Shown here: positions 11,301-22,800 of the stretch, in pieces | Numbering within the stretch: position 1 is the first letter of the stretch | Layout of the letters: each line of letters starts with the position of its first letter | Source: an archaeon | Lineage (GTDB): Archaea; Iainarchaeota; Iainarchaeia; Iainarchaeales; CSSED10-239 | Assembly (NCBI GenBank): GCA_035390665.1 | Contig: DAOOUC010000003.1 | Span: 91,056-123,055 of the forward strand | Length of the DNA stretch: 32,000 nucleotides | Direction of reading: 5' to 3' | Position numbers and translations under genes: made by a program | The notes under the pieces: generated by a model | What the model was told of the DNA's origin: nothing | The model's database searches: none | What the model saw: the letters and a program-made list of their open reading frames with translations, nothing else

Positions 11301-14300
11301 ATTTAAACCAATGTATATTTTATTATCTGTTGCTTGAGATTTAACTTCAGGAACATAATCGTTTTGTGCATAGGATAAAATATTTGTTGTAGTTGTTTCA
11401 AGTATTGAATTTTGAGCATTTCTAAATAATTGAGTTTTAATACTTGGTTGAGCAGCTAATGAAAAGAAATCAATTGGTTTTCCTATAGCTTGATTAGTAA
11501 AATAATATCCTCTTGTGGTTGTTTTTTCTGGAATAATTACAGATAAATTATTATCCAATAATTGAATTTGTGCAGTATTATTTATTTTGTCTTTAAAACT
11601 ATTTTTAGAAAATAAATACTTTTCGTTTGTATTTGCAGTATTTACAATTATATCTCCGGTTCTATTCGTTTCTCCGAATTGAATAAAATCAAAACTATAA
11701 TTGTAATCTTTATCTATATAAAGAATATAGTCTGATCCAAATTTTTCTAATTCTCCATTATTATCATATAATTTAATATTATAAGAATAATTATTACTAT
11801 CAAATGGAATTGATTGAGAAGTGGTAGATGCGTAGAAATAACCTTCTGGTCTTATTGTCCAATCTTGCCAATTTGAAACTGTTGGAGAAAAGGAGAAAGA
11901 TTCTAAATCTGAATTAATGGATCTATAATAAATTTTATAATTATCTGGATTTGTTATTTCGTTTTTAAATTTTATATTTATTGAATATTCAATAATATTT
12001 GGTTCGATATCACTAAAATCAAACTCTGTCCATTTATATTTTCCTGAAACACATTGATTGCCGGATACATCAGAAGAATAATTAGTATTAAAGTAATTAT
12101 TATCCCAATGATTTAAGGTTCCACTATATCTGCAACCCGTATTAAGTTCTGTATTTTCTGGAACAAATAAATTTGTATTAACTAAATATATATAATCGTC
12201 ATTTTGAGTTAAATATTGCCCTGCTTTTACAAAAACTTTCTTTAAAACATCTTGATTACTTGAACCAAAAACGGTTTTGAACTTTAATTTATATTCTTTT
12301 GTAATATCGTTATTGCCAATAAAACCAATTTTATTTATTTTTATTGTTCCAGTGGAATCATATAATCCTAAATATTCTGTTGTTGTTTGAATAGAAGACA
12401 ATGTTGTAGGAAAAGAAATTTCTTTGTTAGTTGTTTGTCCAGGAAATAATGTTATTAAATCTGTTTGATAAATAATATCATCTTTTTTAGTCTTTAAATA
12501 AATACGGGAACAATTTTCACAATTAAAAACAAATGTTTTATTTGAATCTCCTGGGGCACTTGCAATAATTATATTTTCTTTAGATATTTCTTCTCCAGTT
12601 ATATCAAAGAAGGAGAAATTATAATCATTCTGATTTGGTGTGATTTTTAGATTTAATGCTCTTGCTTGATTCCCTAAATTAATATTTAATTCTAATACTT
12701 CATTATTATCTAATTCCAAAGATGGCAATGAATCTCCGTCTGCGTTTTCATTCCTTAGTATAGCATAAGCATAATATTCTTTATTACTTCTTACTAAATT
12801 AAAATTAACATCTCCATTTAGATTTGTAGTTCTTGGGCTTTCTGGATTATATGCTATATATTCTCCATCTAGTTCATAAAATAAATAAACCAAAGCATTT
12901 GCTCTATTGTATTCGTCTTTTTTTACATTTACTTTTATTGTTCCACTATTTAATGCAGAAGAATATTCCAATGGTATTTCAATTGTTTTATTTCCGTCAG
13001 ATAATCCGTTTATATCTTGGGGATTTGACGAAATATAGCCACTATCTTCTGTATTAGAAACAACAATTCTGTAATTTTTATTTCTTATTAAAACAAAAGT
13101 TGTTTGATTAATATCTATTCTTGTGCCTATTAATGTAGAAATATTGCCATCTCTTCTATAGATTGAAATATTTCCAATAACTGGTTGATTTGTATTTTGG
13201 TCTTTTAATTTAATTGTAAGATTACTTAATTGTCCTACAATACATCCATTTCCATTTGGATTTGGAGTAACAATTCCAGATAATAATGGACTTGCACAAT
13301 TAATACTTCCATTACTACAAAATGCACTATATATTGGATTAGTACAATTAATATTTTCTAAATCTTCTGCAGTAAAAATAATTAAATCAGCATTTGCTAA
13401 ATTATCATTAACAACTGTATATGGCCCAAACTTAGGCAAAGTAATATATCCTATTTTATCTACTGAAATTAAATAATTTGATTGAGCTAATTTAAATTTA
13501 TATTTACCATATGTGTCTGTTGTCCCAGTACTAATTGCCATTTCAGATTCATTAACAGTAGTTATAGGGTCATCAATTGCATAAACCTTTAAATTTGTAT
13601 TTGGTATTGCAACCCCGTTTGAATTTTTCACCGTTACTTCTAAGGTTCCTGTATTTGAATTTATTTTTTTCATTTCAACTATATTGCTTTCAGGGATTTC
13701 TCTATCTGTAATTAATTCATAATTATTTGAAACAACACTTACTAATAATTGACCACAATTTTTAGGTTGAATAACATTTTGTCTTCCATTTGTTACTGTT
13801 GCGGTTTTGGGTTGTGGAACATCTAAATCTGTAGAACATTTAAAGGTAGCATTTAAAACATCATTAATTAGTACATCATAATTTTTAAAAATTATTTCTC
13901 TTCTCTTTTCTGAATTTTGACCAGGGTATTCAAATTTTTTAGGATCAAGTCTTAGTTTAATTGTTTGCTCTATATATTTTTGATTTAAATTTATTGTTGA
14001 TTCAAATCTTAAATAATTTTCTTTAGTTATTGTTAATTCAAGTTTTCTAGATTTTAATTCTTGAAATTCAATATATCCGAAAGCATCTGTATTTTTTGTT
14101 TCTTCCTGCCCATTATAATTTATTTTAACAACTGCATCTTTTAAGGATAAACCTTGTTCGTCAGTAACATATATAGCTAATGATTTTGACGAAGGGCCAG
14201 ATACTAGAACGATTATAATTATTATTAAAATTACTGCTACACCAATTAAAGGGATTTTAAATTTATTAAATAAAGATTTAAAATCTGGTTTTGATTTTGA

Positions 14301-14369
14301 ATTTACGGGCTTATTTTTAGAATCATCAACTTTTTGTTTAATTTCTTCCAGTATTTTATTTTGATCCAT
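8394..14369 (-). CDS. G6: giant N-terminally anchored surface protein with CarboxypepD_reg/Ig-like repeats
   Basis: 1991 aa ORF. Single N-terminal TM (IPLIGVAVILIIIIIVLV) after a charged cytosolic tail. Repeats of the type SLKDAVVKINYNGQEETKNTDAFGYIEFQEL and GTLEVTVKNSNGVAIPNTNLKVYAIDD...TDTYGKYKF. Paralog of G9. Confidence 0.96.
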   Translation of the reverse strand: MDQNKILEEIKQKVDDSKNKPVNSKSKPDFKSLFNKFKIPLIGVAVILIIIIIVLVSGPSSKSLAIYVTDEQGLSLKDAVVKINYNGQEETKNTDAFGYIEFQELKSRKLELTITKENYLRFESTINLNQKYIEQTIKLRLDPKKFEYPGQNSEKRREIIFKNYDVLINDVLNATFKCSTDLDVPQPKTATVTNGRQNVIQPKNCGQLLVSVVSNNYELITDREIPESNIVEMKKINSNTGTLEVTVKNSNGVAIPNTNLKVYAIDDPITTVNESEMAISTGTTDTYGKYKFKLAQSNYLISVDKIGYITLPKFGPYTVVNDNLANADLIIFTAEDLENINCTNPIYSAFCSNGSINCASPLLSGIVTPNPNGNGCIVGQLSNLTIKLKDQNTNQPVIGNISIYRRDGNISTLIGTRIDINQTTFVLIRNKNYRIVVSNTEDSGYISSNPQDINGLSDGNKTIEIPLEYSSALNSGTIKVNVKKDEYNRANALVYLFYELDGEYIAYNPESPRTTNLNGDVNFNLVRSNKEYYAYAILRNENADGDSLPSLELDNNEVLELNINLGNQARALNLKITPNQNDYNFSFFDITGEEISKENIIIASAPGDSNKTFVFNCENCSRIYLKTKKDDIIYQTDLITLFPGQTTNKEISFPTTLSSIQTTTEYLGLYDSTGTIKINKIGFIGNNDITKEYKLKFKTVFGSSNQDVLKKVFVKAGQYLTQNDDYIYLVNTNLFVPENTELNTGCRYSGTLNHWDNNYFNTNYSSDVSGNQCVSGKYKWTEFDFSDIEPNIIEYSINIKFKNEITNPDNYKIYYRSINSDLESFSFSPTVSNWQDWTIRPEGYFYASTTSQSIPFDSNNYSYNIKLYDNNGELEKFGSDYILYIDKDYNYSFDFIQFGETNRTGDIIVNTANTNEKYLFSKNSFKDKINNTAQIQLLDNNLSVIIPEKTTTRGYYFTNQAIGKPIDFFSLAAQPSIKTQLFRNAQNSILETTTTNILSYAQNDYVPEVKSQATDNKIYIGLNDLNISLKNKTGQFQNGISVRYIISGETVPTDIGEITNNYLNTQIFIADADSGKTIKFIYTIPNSNLPNNELELSLNIGSGIDLYDTNNQLITNENKLKFPVIITELNGIKKISETNNNYIIKNKTGRSTILEDISTTAVNGLLTEEINQKLILDNQLPRTLIADTDILASALIDINTTDTNIDFEYNNLFTLQNQGNQEPTTIYRVASSNIKIKRIVLTDESMFITEDNGFYTDSNGSGLELITDISTNRTLEYYLDLSFDNSQNYQILEISTTGDDLTNIISFSQANTVISESNKVVGNINFIFTLIDNQINQITEKNINLQIKIGNPNESFNYEIPLKIIIYPKNKAYELTTQGSQINIPCKSISDCKLNKVYTFKNKTKSYNISLSTIQMPNALPISMTFDLPTEISNTPVPITIDGNFTDLMQNAEGYKTYNKSLTFDLNLNNNTLQETRNLIVQVTYIPEDPETIISDNGFTGNFCLGVGGLISGNDQFILGSCNFKDTESCKSGPESIPKVLYNWGQESVNWNSLCMDTNLDYDFNKIHCDSVQALYSIFTLIGDSIRYKPQDNNYYVYLMYDGISEDLLSDYRESYNDFLTHNITQSFQDSYLKSNHSQSLEIIKTNQDGTPTKKVGKYKLTVENYNSNFTTDIVIKLQLIQSIPIDKDNLFYYIPVDGDFGLLEDEVTAHRIGYGSTIVGNYDYAELIPVIQRESGTIKLYKKANCPGQDCSGIAEISANYPTSHLIDWQVQDVLNSKGVLFDLSMNSTTEKIQLALNFTPSRPINIFAKVNNIQDNNFSYKIKYSESDSFDWDMTIFNWKDYMDAGYDNTIDDISIFGFGNEYLRHTITTDKFRNKYGYELTPKYLLESKIYLPVNSDYDNLRLSIQDLENNQLSKLYGKDYTSGETSLPIISNVSDIYSIFDMFNQVREGNACISKSLSTTKIQWIEEKTNLPIGTKELIINNFNNTE

Positions 14370-14383
14370 AGGTTTTCCTATTT

Positions 14384-16408
14384 TTAATTATTAAATAATT
14401 CTCTTAAAGGAACAAAAGGAAACTCAAATTCTTTAGAGTTATTCCCAATAGTTATTTTTCCTTTCAATATATATTCTTGACCATAACAGAAAAGATATTC
14501 ATCTTCTGCTAAATCATTTCTATCTTCATCTTGTGATGATCCAAACCACACAAGTTTATTTTTTTCTAATTTAAACTCTCTCATTCCTATTTTATCATTC
14601 ATTTCTGAAGAAATTTCTTCTTTATTTGTATAAATTGGTTGTAAGGTATTATCTATTCTTTTAGTATAATATATTTGATTTGTTACTGGATTAAAATAAA
14701 ATATTTTTAAATCTCCAGGAAGTATTTTCCCATTAACATTTGAATAAATATTATATTCTCTTGTATATCTATTAACTTCGTCAGTAAGATCTATAACTTC
14801 ACAATGAGGACAATATCTATAATTAACTGACGTTCCGGCAGGTAAGAAAGAATTTATGCTTTCAATATTTGTTGCATAAATATTTGTTCCTCCATTTAGA
14901 TTATAAGTTACTTGACTTGGTTGAATATAACAACCAGATAAATCTATAGAGTTATTAAAAATTGGGTGTTCTGGTTCTGATTTAATATTTATAGATTTTG
15001 GAAGATAAGATCCATTCTTTAAATTATTAATATTAACATTAGTAACGGTTATTCCTAAATCTAATAATTTACGCATATACCCTGTATCCCCCGATTCGCC
15101 CCCATCATCGGTATTATTATTTGCTTGGGCCGTTGCAGCTAACTGATAATCTGCTAAACTAAAATTTAATTGAGATATAATTTCTATTCCAGGATATGTA
15201 TTTTCTAAAAAATTAATATCTATATTTCCTAAAGTTCCTGGAAATCCAAAAGGTTTATCTAATTCGTGATTAGTACAGGTTCCATCAGCAACATTTCGTT
15301 TTCCTAATTCTCCTGATTTTAAATTAAGTTTAAAATTAGGGGACCTATTAATTAATGTTGTTATATTTAAATCCGAAACATCTCCGCCATTACCACTATC
15401 TCCATGGTAATCGTGTTCTCCATCATTACCCTCGCCCCAATCACAATCATTATCCCCCGCAAATCTGCTTGTTCCTGCCCAGCCACCATTTCCTGCAATT
15501 GCTTGCATGGAGAAATCTCCTTGATTTTTTATTAATTTTATTTCATTTATATTTATATTTCCTGCATGCCCTCCATTCCCACCATTAAATGAATCGTCTG
15601 CAGAATCATCTTTAGGAGAATGACTTCCATTTCCGCCATTTCCTGTTTTTAAGATTATATTCAAATTATTATTATTCTCGATATTCTGAATTCTAAGATT
15701 TAAATTTCCAGAAGATCCTCCTGGTCTTCCGTGTCTTTCTTCTGCATCATCTTCGCTATGTGGTTGTCCGCCTTTTCCTCCATTTCCGGTTCCTAATTCA
15801 ACAATTGAATTCCCAAAATTTATAAAATTTTTAAATGAAATTATTAAATCGCCTGAAGATATCCCGTCTGTTCCATCGTCTCCTTCACTATCTCCATCTG
15901 TTCCATTTTTTCCATCATTTGTTTTTATTTTTATTTCCAATTTAGAATTAGGTTTTACTGTAATATCTTTAGTTATAAAATTTATTTTAATTGAACTACT
16001 TGAAAATGATTCAGATAAATTTTTAATTTTTGCATCTGAATTTGATTCAACTATTATGTTTGAAAGATTAATATCTAAACTTTTTGAATTATCTATCACT
16101 ATATTAGAAGAACCAGATATCACTAAATTCCAATTAGTATCATTCATATTTAAATTTTCTTTAACCCAAATTGTTTTTGCATTTAAGTTTAAATTGATTG
16201 CATAGTCTTCACAACCGGATAAATTAAATAATTTAGATGTGCTTGATTCTAATGGTGTTGTATTAACATTACATTCACAGATTTTAGTTGTGTTATCACA
16301 AGAATTACAAGTTATTCCATTTACAATTCCAGAAATAGCACAAGCAAATATTGGATTTACAAATATAATAAATGTTATTAAAAGTATAAATATTTTTACA
16401 TATTTCAT
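14384..16408 (-). CDS. G5: secreted Gly-rich repeat protein (GNGGxxG repeats, YCPHC motif)
   Basis: 674 aa ORF. Signal peptide (FILLITFIIFVNPIFACA). GNGGKGG, GNGGNGS, GGNGGHAG, AGNGGWAG and SGNGGDV repeats. C-terminal half aligns with G8: NGSYLPKSINIK vs SGSYLPKKLEIV; YCPHCEVIDL...YTREYNIYS vs YCPVCDGLEL...IDKEYTIYS. Confidence 0.95.
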   Translation of the reverse strand: MKYVKIFILLITFIIFVNPIFACAISGIVNGITCNSCDNTTKICECNVNTTPLESSTSKLFNLSGCEDYAINLNLNAKTIWVKENLNMNDTNWNLVISGSSNIVIDNSKSLDINLSNIIVESNSDAKIKNLSESFSSSSIKINFITKDITVKPNSKLEIKIKTNDGKNGTDGDSEGDDGTDGISSGDLIISFKNFINFGNSIVELGTGNGGKGGQPHSEDDAEERHGRPGGSSGNLNLRIQNIENNNNLNIILKTGNGGNGSHSPKDDSADDSFNGGNGGHAGNININEIKLIKNQGDFSMQAIAGNGGWAGTSRFAGDNDCDWGEGNDGEHDYHGDSGNGGDVSDLNITTLINRSPNFKLNLKSGELGKRNVADGTCTNHELDKPFGFPGTLGNIDINFLENTYPGIEIISQLNFSLADYQLAATAQANNNTDDGGESGDTGYMRKLLDLGITVTNVNINNLKNGSYLPKSINIKSEPEHPIFNNSIDLSGCYIQPSQVTYNLNGGTNIYATNIESINSFLPAGTSVNYRYCPHCEVIDLTDEVNRYTREYNIYSNVNGKILPGDLKIFYFNPVTNQIYYTKRIDNTLQPIYTNKEEISSEMNDKIGMREFKLEKNKLVWFGSSQDEDRNDLAEDEYLFCYGQEYILKGKITIGNNSKEFEFPFVPLRELFNN
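15370..15960 (-). repeat. Gly-rich repeats within G5
   Basis: GTGNGGKGG, KTGNGGNGS, GGNGGHAG, IAGNGGWAG, SGNGGDVSDLNIT; same strand-loop alternation as G8. Confidence 0.85.
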
Positions 16409-16435
16409 ATTTTTTCTTCTCTTATAATATTAAAA

Positions 16436-16834
16436 TTATGATTGCTTAAATGGGAAAGTTAAAGAAATATTTTGATCTTGTTCACCATATTTTAGTGTTG
16501 ATGAAATAAAATAAAATTTAAAGAAATCTTTAGCAACTAATATTTGTACATCTTTTGTTGCATCTTTGTTTCTTATAAAGAATAGTTTTCCCGTATCTGA
16601 GTTTTTACAAGTACTGTAAATATTTATTTGCGGTAAGTTTTGCCCGGGATAAAATTTACTTGCGGTAAAATTGCCTGAACAGTTAATTAAGTTATCTGGA
16701 TCTTCAATTTTACCGAAAACAATAGGATAAATGTTTCTGTTTTCTGTAGGAAATGATATCCAATCTTCTGCAAAGACAAATCTAACATTAACTAACAGAA
16801 ACAACAATAGCATTATTTTAAAATATTTTTTCAT
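16436..16834 (-). CDS. G4: small secreted protein, corresponds to the C-terminal domain of G7
   Basis: 132 aa ORF. Signal peptide (YFKIMLLLFLLVNVRFVFA). Whole mature protein aligns to the last ~110 aa of G7. Confidence 0.9.
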   Translation of the reverse strand: MKKYFKIMLLLFLLVNVRFVFAEDWISFPTENRNIYPIVFGKIEDPDNLINCSGNFTASKFYPGQNLPQINIYSTCKNSDTGKLFFIRNKDATKDVQILVAKDFFKFYFISSTLKYGEQDQNISLTFPFKQS

Positions 16835-16844
16835 TTTATCCCAT

Positions 16845-19800
16845 TTAATTAATTCCTGTTATTCCAATCCCTGTGTATATGTTATTATTTCCATAGATTA
16901 CTTTTGGATTCCAATAGAATTCTGTAGTCTTTCCACTATCAGAATTAACAACACAAATTTGGTTGGTTTTCACTTTCTCAAAGATGTTTGTTAAATTATC
17001 TGTATTATAATTTTCGCCATTACTTAAAAGATTCTTGGTATAACTGTCGTTTGGATTTTTATTATCTTTATTAAATTTAACAATTACATCTCCTCTTGAT
17101 TTACTTGTTAATTTATAGATGCTATTATGTGAATCATAAGGAACATAAAATATTGTTCTTAAGTTTACTATTCCTTTTCTTGCAACAGTATCCCAATCTA
17201 TTGCATAAGAATTATACATTCTTTCATCAGGTGTTGTTTGTCTATCATAGAAATTTATAAATCTAGAATATACATATTCTCCTGAGAAATCATAATAGTT
17301 ACTATCTCCAACTCCATTCCATACTCCTAAACTAGTGCCACCATATAATGGTTGATTTGATGGATCCGTTATTTGATAGTATGCACTAAATGGCATTAAA
17401 TTTGTTCTTGTTACGCTCATTAATGTTGCATTTGGATAGTTTGGAGAATAGATTAATTGAATCTGATCTTCTGTTTGTTCTTTTATTGTAAGTATGTTAC
17501 CTCTTGTTTCTACATTGCTGTTTATTTTAAAGAAATCTTTATTATATTGTACATTTAAATATTTCTTTGGATTTGATGAACTACTATATTTTGTAGTTAA
17601 AGGCAATTCTCCTTGTTTACTTATTGTTATTTCATCACCCATATATGCTAAACCATAATTTTGTCTGGAATATCCATTGTTTGTTAAACCTACTGCACCA
17701 TTAAATGGCATTCTGTAGAAAATACTATCGCTTTCTGGTCCAGAGATATATGTTAAAGTTACTGTTGTATTAACATCTAAATCATCTGCTCTTATAAAAT
17801 CCCAGTGCTCATTTCCAAATATAAAATCAATTCTTACTTTATATTTTCCTGGAACTAAAATGTTTACACCTGATTGATTATTTGTATATTTTAAATTAAA
17901 TTCTGTGTTATCTCTAAACAATTTTGAATATATCCCATTTTGATAATAACTTGGAGCACCTAAGAAAGCATAAGTACTTGATTGTCCAGCAGACATTTTT
18001 CCACCATAAGCTTTATCAAAGTCTGTTTGGAATTGTTTATTATAATTGTCTGTGATTAGATATGCGTCAAACTCTATTGTTTGTTTTAATTGTTGTATGT
18101 CTTCTATATTCCATTCACTAATGACATTATTTGGATATTGTTCTTTATTAAACCACATATCTATGTAGTCTACTCCATTAAATTGAGCGGTTGTTATTGG
18201 AACTTGACAAGGACCTCCTGTTGGTTGTGCCTGGTGCACACTTAAATTAATATCTGTTGTGTAATATGTTTGATTTGGATCTTCTAAATAAGTATTTGCT
18301 CCAGAATATTCAACTTCTAACTTAATATTGTTTCCTATTAGAGGGTTTGCTTGTTCACCATAAGTAAACCAATACTCTGCTGTATTTTCATTTTCACAAG
18401 CTGGAACTGTTGTGTTTAATATTGGATTGATTGTATTTATTCCAATCACTGTTCCTTCAGTGTGTTGTCTTTCAGTTGTACAATTATCATTTGGAAGTAA
18501 TTCTGTATATGATTTTAATATTTGATTTCCTAATTTTAGATTTAATGTTCCTGTTTTTAAAGAACCTGTTCTATTTTCTATAACTACTCCAATCTTTACT
18601 AAATTACCATCTGTTCTTGCACTTACATTTTGTAAACCAATGTAACCTGCAGGAATTTCATTATCTAGATTTGGAACACTTGAAGTTAAATTATATGATC
18701 CAGACAATGCTTGATCAAGAACTTGCCCTGTACTTCTTGGACAAATTATTTCTTTATTTTCTAATTGATCTTCTACTTTTTTCATTCTTTCAATAATTAC
18801 TTGAGACAATTGTGTAGCATCACAATATTGATTACCTGTGCTACAAACATTTGTATCAAAACCTGTTGTTTTCCATGTCCAATCAAGATTTACTTTTGGC
18901 ACAGCTCCCTCTCCAGTTTTACCAACCTTCCCTGAATCTGTAAAACAATCAACCATATTCTGGTCAACTTGTGGGCTATCAGGATATTGTTTAGAGATAA
19001 ATGCAAATCTGAAATCTCCAATAGGTTGTGAACCAACAAAGGCTTTGTCTTGTGAACCATTATTATCATTTAAAGTTGGTTTGAAAGTAATATTCTTATA
19101 AACAATATCTCCTCTTAGAAGTTTTTGATATGTGCTATTGCCATCTATTGAATAATCAACAACGAAATCAATAGGTTTAATACCTGCTTGTTCTGGCCAT
19201 ATTGCTTTATCGTATTTACAAGAAGTATATACTTCAAATTCTAAATTTATTTTATTTCTTGTTGGTTTACTACCATAACATTGAACTCCTGCAATTATTT
19301 GATCTTCAGTTACTTCATATTTATCAAATTTATCATTACAGTTTTCGTTTTTTACTATTCTTTTATATTCATCAAAGAATTCTTGGTGTTGTTTTCCACC
19401 ACATTTTGGCATTTCTGTATCTAACATTTCATCTGATGTTAATTTATTTGTTTTATCGTTATCAGTTTTACCTATTAATTTCAAATAAGTAAAATATCTT
19501 GCACCAGTAATATCAAACACATTTACAAATTCTTCTTGATCCCCATCTGATATAATTTTAATTTCTTTTGTAGTTTCAAAGTCAGGCATCGTGTAAATTT
19601 GAGAAACATCTAAAACATGATAATGAGGATTAAATGAATAATCATTATGCCAGGTTGATGCCATCCATCCACCAATTGCTATAACACCAATTGCAGCCCA
19701 ACCCCATGGTCCAATTGCTGCTAATACCGTGTACAAAGGACCTAAAAATGCTCCACCTGCATATGTACCTGCAACAGATCCAAATACCATTGCCATTGTT

Positions 19801-22800
19801 AAACTACTAGTCCCTGCAGCTAATGCTCCGCCAATTATTGCTGTTGTTGCTAATGATGCTGCAACAGTAGATGCTGTATTCCACCATTCTGCTCCATCAT
19901 CGGTTTGATTTGTTAATTCATTTGGGAGACTAAATAACATTTTTTCAAAATATGGACGTTCTTCTGAAGTTACCATAAATCTTGAAAAGCCTGTGTCGCC
20001 TTCAACTTTTTGAACAGCATAGTCCCAAGGTGTAACATTTATATCGCTGTTTAATAGTCTTACAGTCTGACTTGAATATATTTCTGTTCCAATTTCATTT
20101 TGTGTCTTTTCCATTTCTATAAATGGATCTTCCATGTATAATCCTGAAGAAGAATGTACGTTTACTTTTAATCTCTTTTCAATATTAACTATTGCCCTTC
20201 CCGTGTCTCCAAGAACAGATATCTTTACAGGTATAATATATGCTCCTGGTACTTCTGGCTTTATTATTCCAACAACTTGTGTTGTGTCTCCTCTATTAAA
20301 GTTTATTTCGTTCTGTAGAAGACCTTCCATGTTGTCGTATCTTACTTTTTGACAACCATACCATTTCTTACCTTCACAGAATTCTAATTTAAATCTTCCA
20401 AGATCTGAACAATTATTCTTAACATTTAGTTCTTTTATTTCGCCTTCAAAAGTTTCTTTAGGTACTACTAACATGTTGTTAATCTTTTTTGAACCATCAT
20501 AGAAGTCAATACAGTCTTGTATCTTTCTTATTGCAATGTCTGTTGTAAATGCTATTTCTTTTGAAGTATTTACATATTTTAAACCATCGTTAGTTTCTAC
20601 TTGTCCATTAATATAAATCTTTGTCTTAACATCTCCAAACTTTTTATCAAGAGCTCTATATTCAATTATTGCTGCGTGTGGTCCTGGAGATAAATCATTA
20701 AAGATTGTGGTATATGCTCCTTCTGAAAGAGTTATTGATTTACCATCAACTGTTAAAATATAATTACCATACATGTCTTTATCATTAACAATTTTTGCTC
20801 TTATGTTCTTTAAGTTTATTGATTCTTCAGAATTTCCCTTTACTCTACAGTTGTTTGTTATTGTAAATGTTTGAATAACTGCACTATTACCACTAACAAT
20901 AGATTGCCATGGATTACTTACTCCATTAACAACCAAACAATCATCTTCTTCTACTCCTTCGCCAACTGATAACTTAACATTCATTGGTATCTCAAATGGA
21001 TAAGTAGTTTGACTTTCACCAACTAAAACATTACCTGTAATTGTCCCAACAAGATTTAAAGTTTCAACAAGATTTTCTGCATCTTGAGATGCTGCTAGTT
21101 TTAATTTAATATCTGCTTCTCCATTTGCTGGAACAACAATGTTACCAACTTGAGAATTTAAATAATTCTTTAATTGTTCAATATTTAAATAATTAGAATT
21201 ACTAAAACTAAAGCCATCGTCTGTAAATTCCTTTAATGTTAATGGATAATCTGTTTTATTAACAATTGTTAATCTTTTCTCTGTACCTTGTGGATTTGAT
21301 TTATTAATATTTAAAATAAATGGCGATGCGGGTTTTACTTCACTACCATCTTGCTTTAAACTTAAAATGTCTTGATTAATAACTATTTCTACTGGTGCTG
21401 AATAATATCCACTTTTTTCTACAGAAATTATTATTTTTTCTGCATTCTTTAATGGAGGTAAATTTATAGAAGCAACACCAATGTCGTTTGTTCGTTGTTG
21501 TCCAACATTTAGTGCAATTAATTGATTGTTTCCTTTTTTCTGATAGATGTTAACAATTGCATTAGTTATTGGTTGATTAGAATTGTCCATTGCAATTACT
21601 TTTAATGTAAATGCTTTATTTGGCACAATATTTTGTGGTTCGTAAGTAATTGTAAAAGGAAATTGTTGACTTGCAGTTATTTCTATCATCTTATTATAAG
21701 CAACTAATTGACCAGAAATTATTTTATTTTGTATTCTTGTTCCTCCAAGTAATACTGGTTTAATTGTGGTATTAACATAAATTTTATCATAAACATTAAT
21801 TGTTTGAGAATCTAAATAATCCCCATAGAAAGGAATACTATTTCTTGTCTGTTCTCCACTACTTGATGAAGAACTAAATCCTGCTCCTGAAATTGTGTAA
21901 TTTAAGAAATTAATTGCTTGTGTTGGTATTTCGTTATTATTTTCAATATTCTTTATTGTTAATCTATTATTATAGAATACATTAGATTTAGCATTTGTTA
22001 TTTCATAATTAAATTGATATGTTTTATTTACAATCAATCCATTATTTGTTTCATCTAAATCATAAGCAATTCCATCCTCTGTATCTACAAACTGACCTTT
22101 TATACAGAAGTCTTCTGAACATAATTCACTTACATCAATATAATAGATTTTTTGATTACCAAGGGTGTTTGGTTCTGGTGCAACCCCAGTATAAATTGAG
22201 TAATATATTGGAATAGCTGCCCCTCTTGTAGCCGCAAGAGTTTGCACAGGTATAGTTAATTCATAAACTCCTGCCTGCACATTTGAAAACATTGTATCTG
22301 TCATCTTTGTTGGAGAATCTTGTAATACTCTTGTTGGTAAAGTGTCTGAATAATATGCTGTGTTAGCTATTGAATTAAGTATTGGTTTAATTAATACAAT
22401 ATCTTCAGTAATATTATTTTTTTCTCCAATTAAAAACCTAATTCCGAGATTTCCTGGATTTGGTGTGATTAATCTAAACTTAAAATTAAATCTTGCATTT
22501 TGTGTAAAATTTTCTGTTGATTGTTCTGAAATATTATATAATCCAATTAATTCTGCTGTTGGAGTTGTTGCATATCCAGATCTATATAATTTTATTTCTT
22601 TATTTAATGTTTCATTCTTAATTACAGGCATTAATTCTGTAAAATAATCATAATATCCTGTTTTGCTTATTTTAGCATAAACTATTTTATCTGCTTTTAT
22701 TTTTTTATTATAAATTCCTGATTGATTTGCTTGATCAAGTCCTATTTCTTCTCCAGTGATATTATATAATCTAATGTCTGCAAAATCTATTGTTTCATTA

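Noticed and set aside
9955-13057. Plus-strand ORFs 9955-10152 and 12833-13057
   Set aside because: Short antisense frames within G6 typical of AT-rich sequence; no domain, no ribosome-binding site.
16409-16835. G4 as a pseudogene remnant of a G7-like gene
   Set aside because: G4 has its own intact signal peptide, start and stop, and sits in a tight operon, so it looks like a functional short version.
15355-16994. Plus-strand ORFs 15355-15588, 16239-16427, 16731-16994
   Set aside because: Antisense to G5/G4/G3; 15355-15588 is a His/Pro/Leu-rich shadow of Gly-rich repeats.
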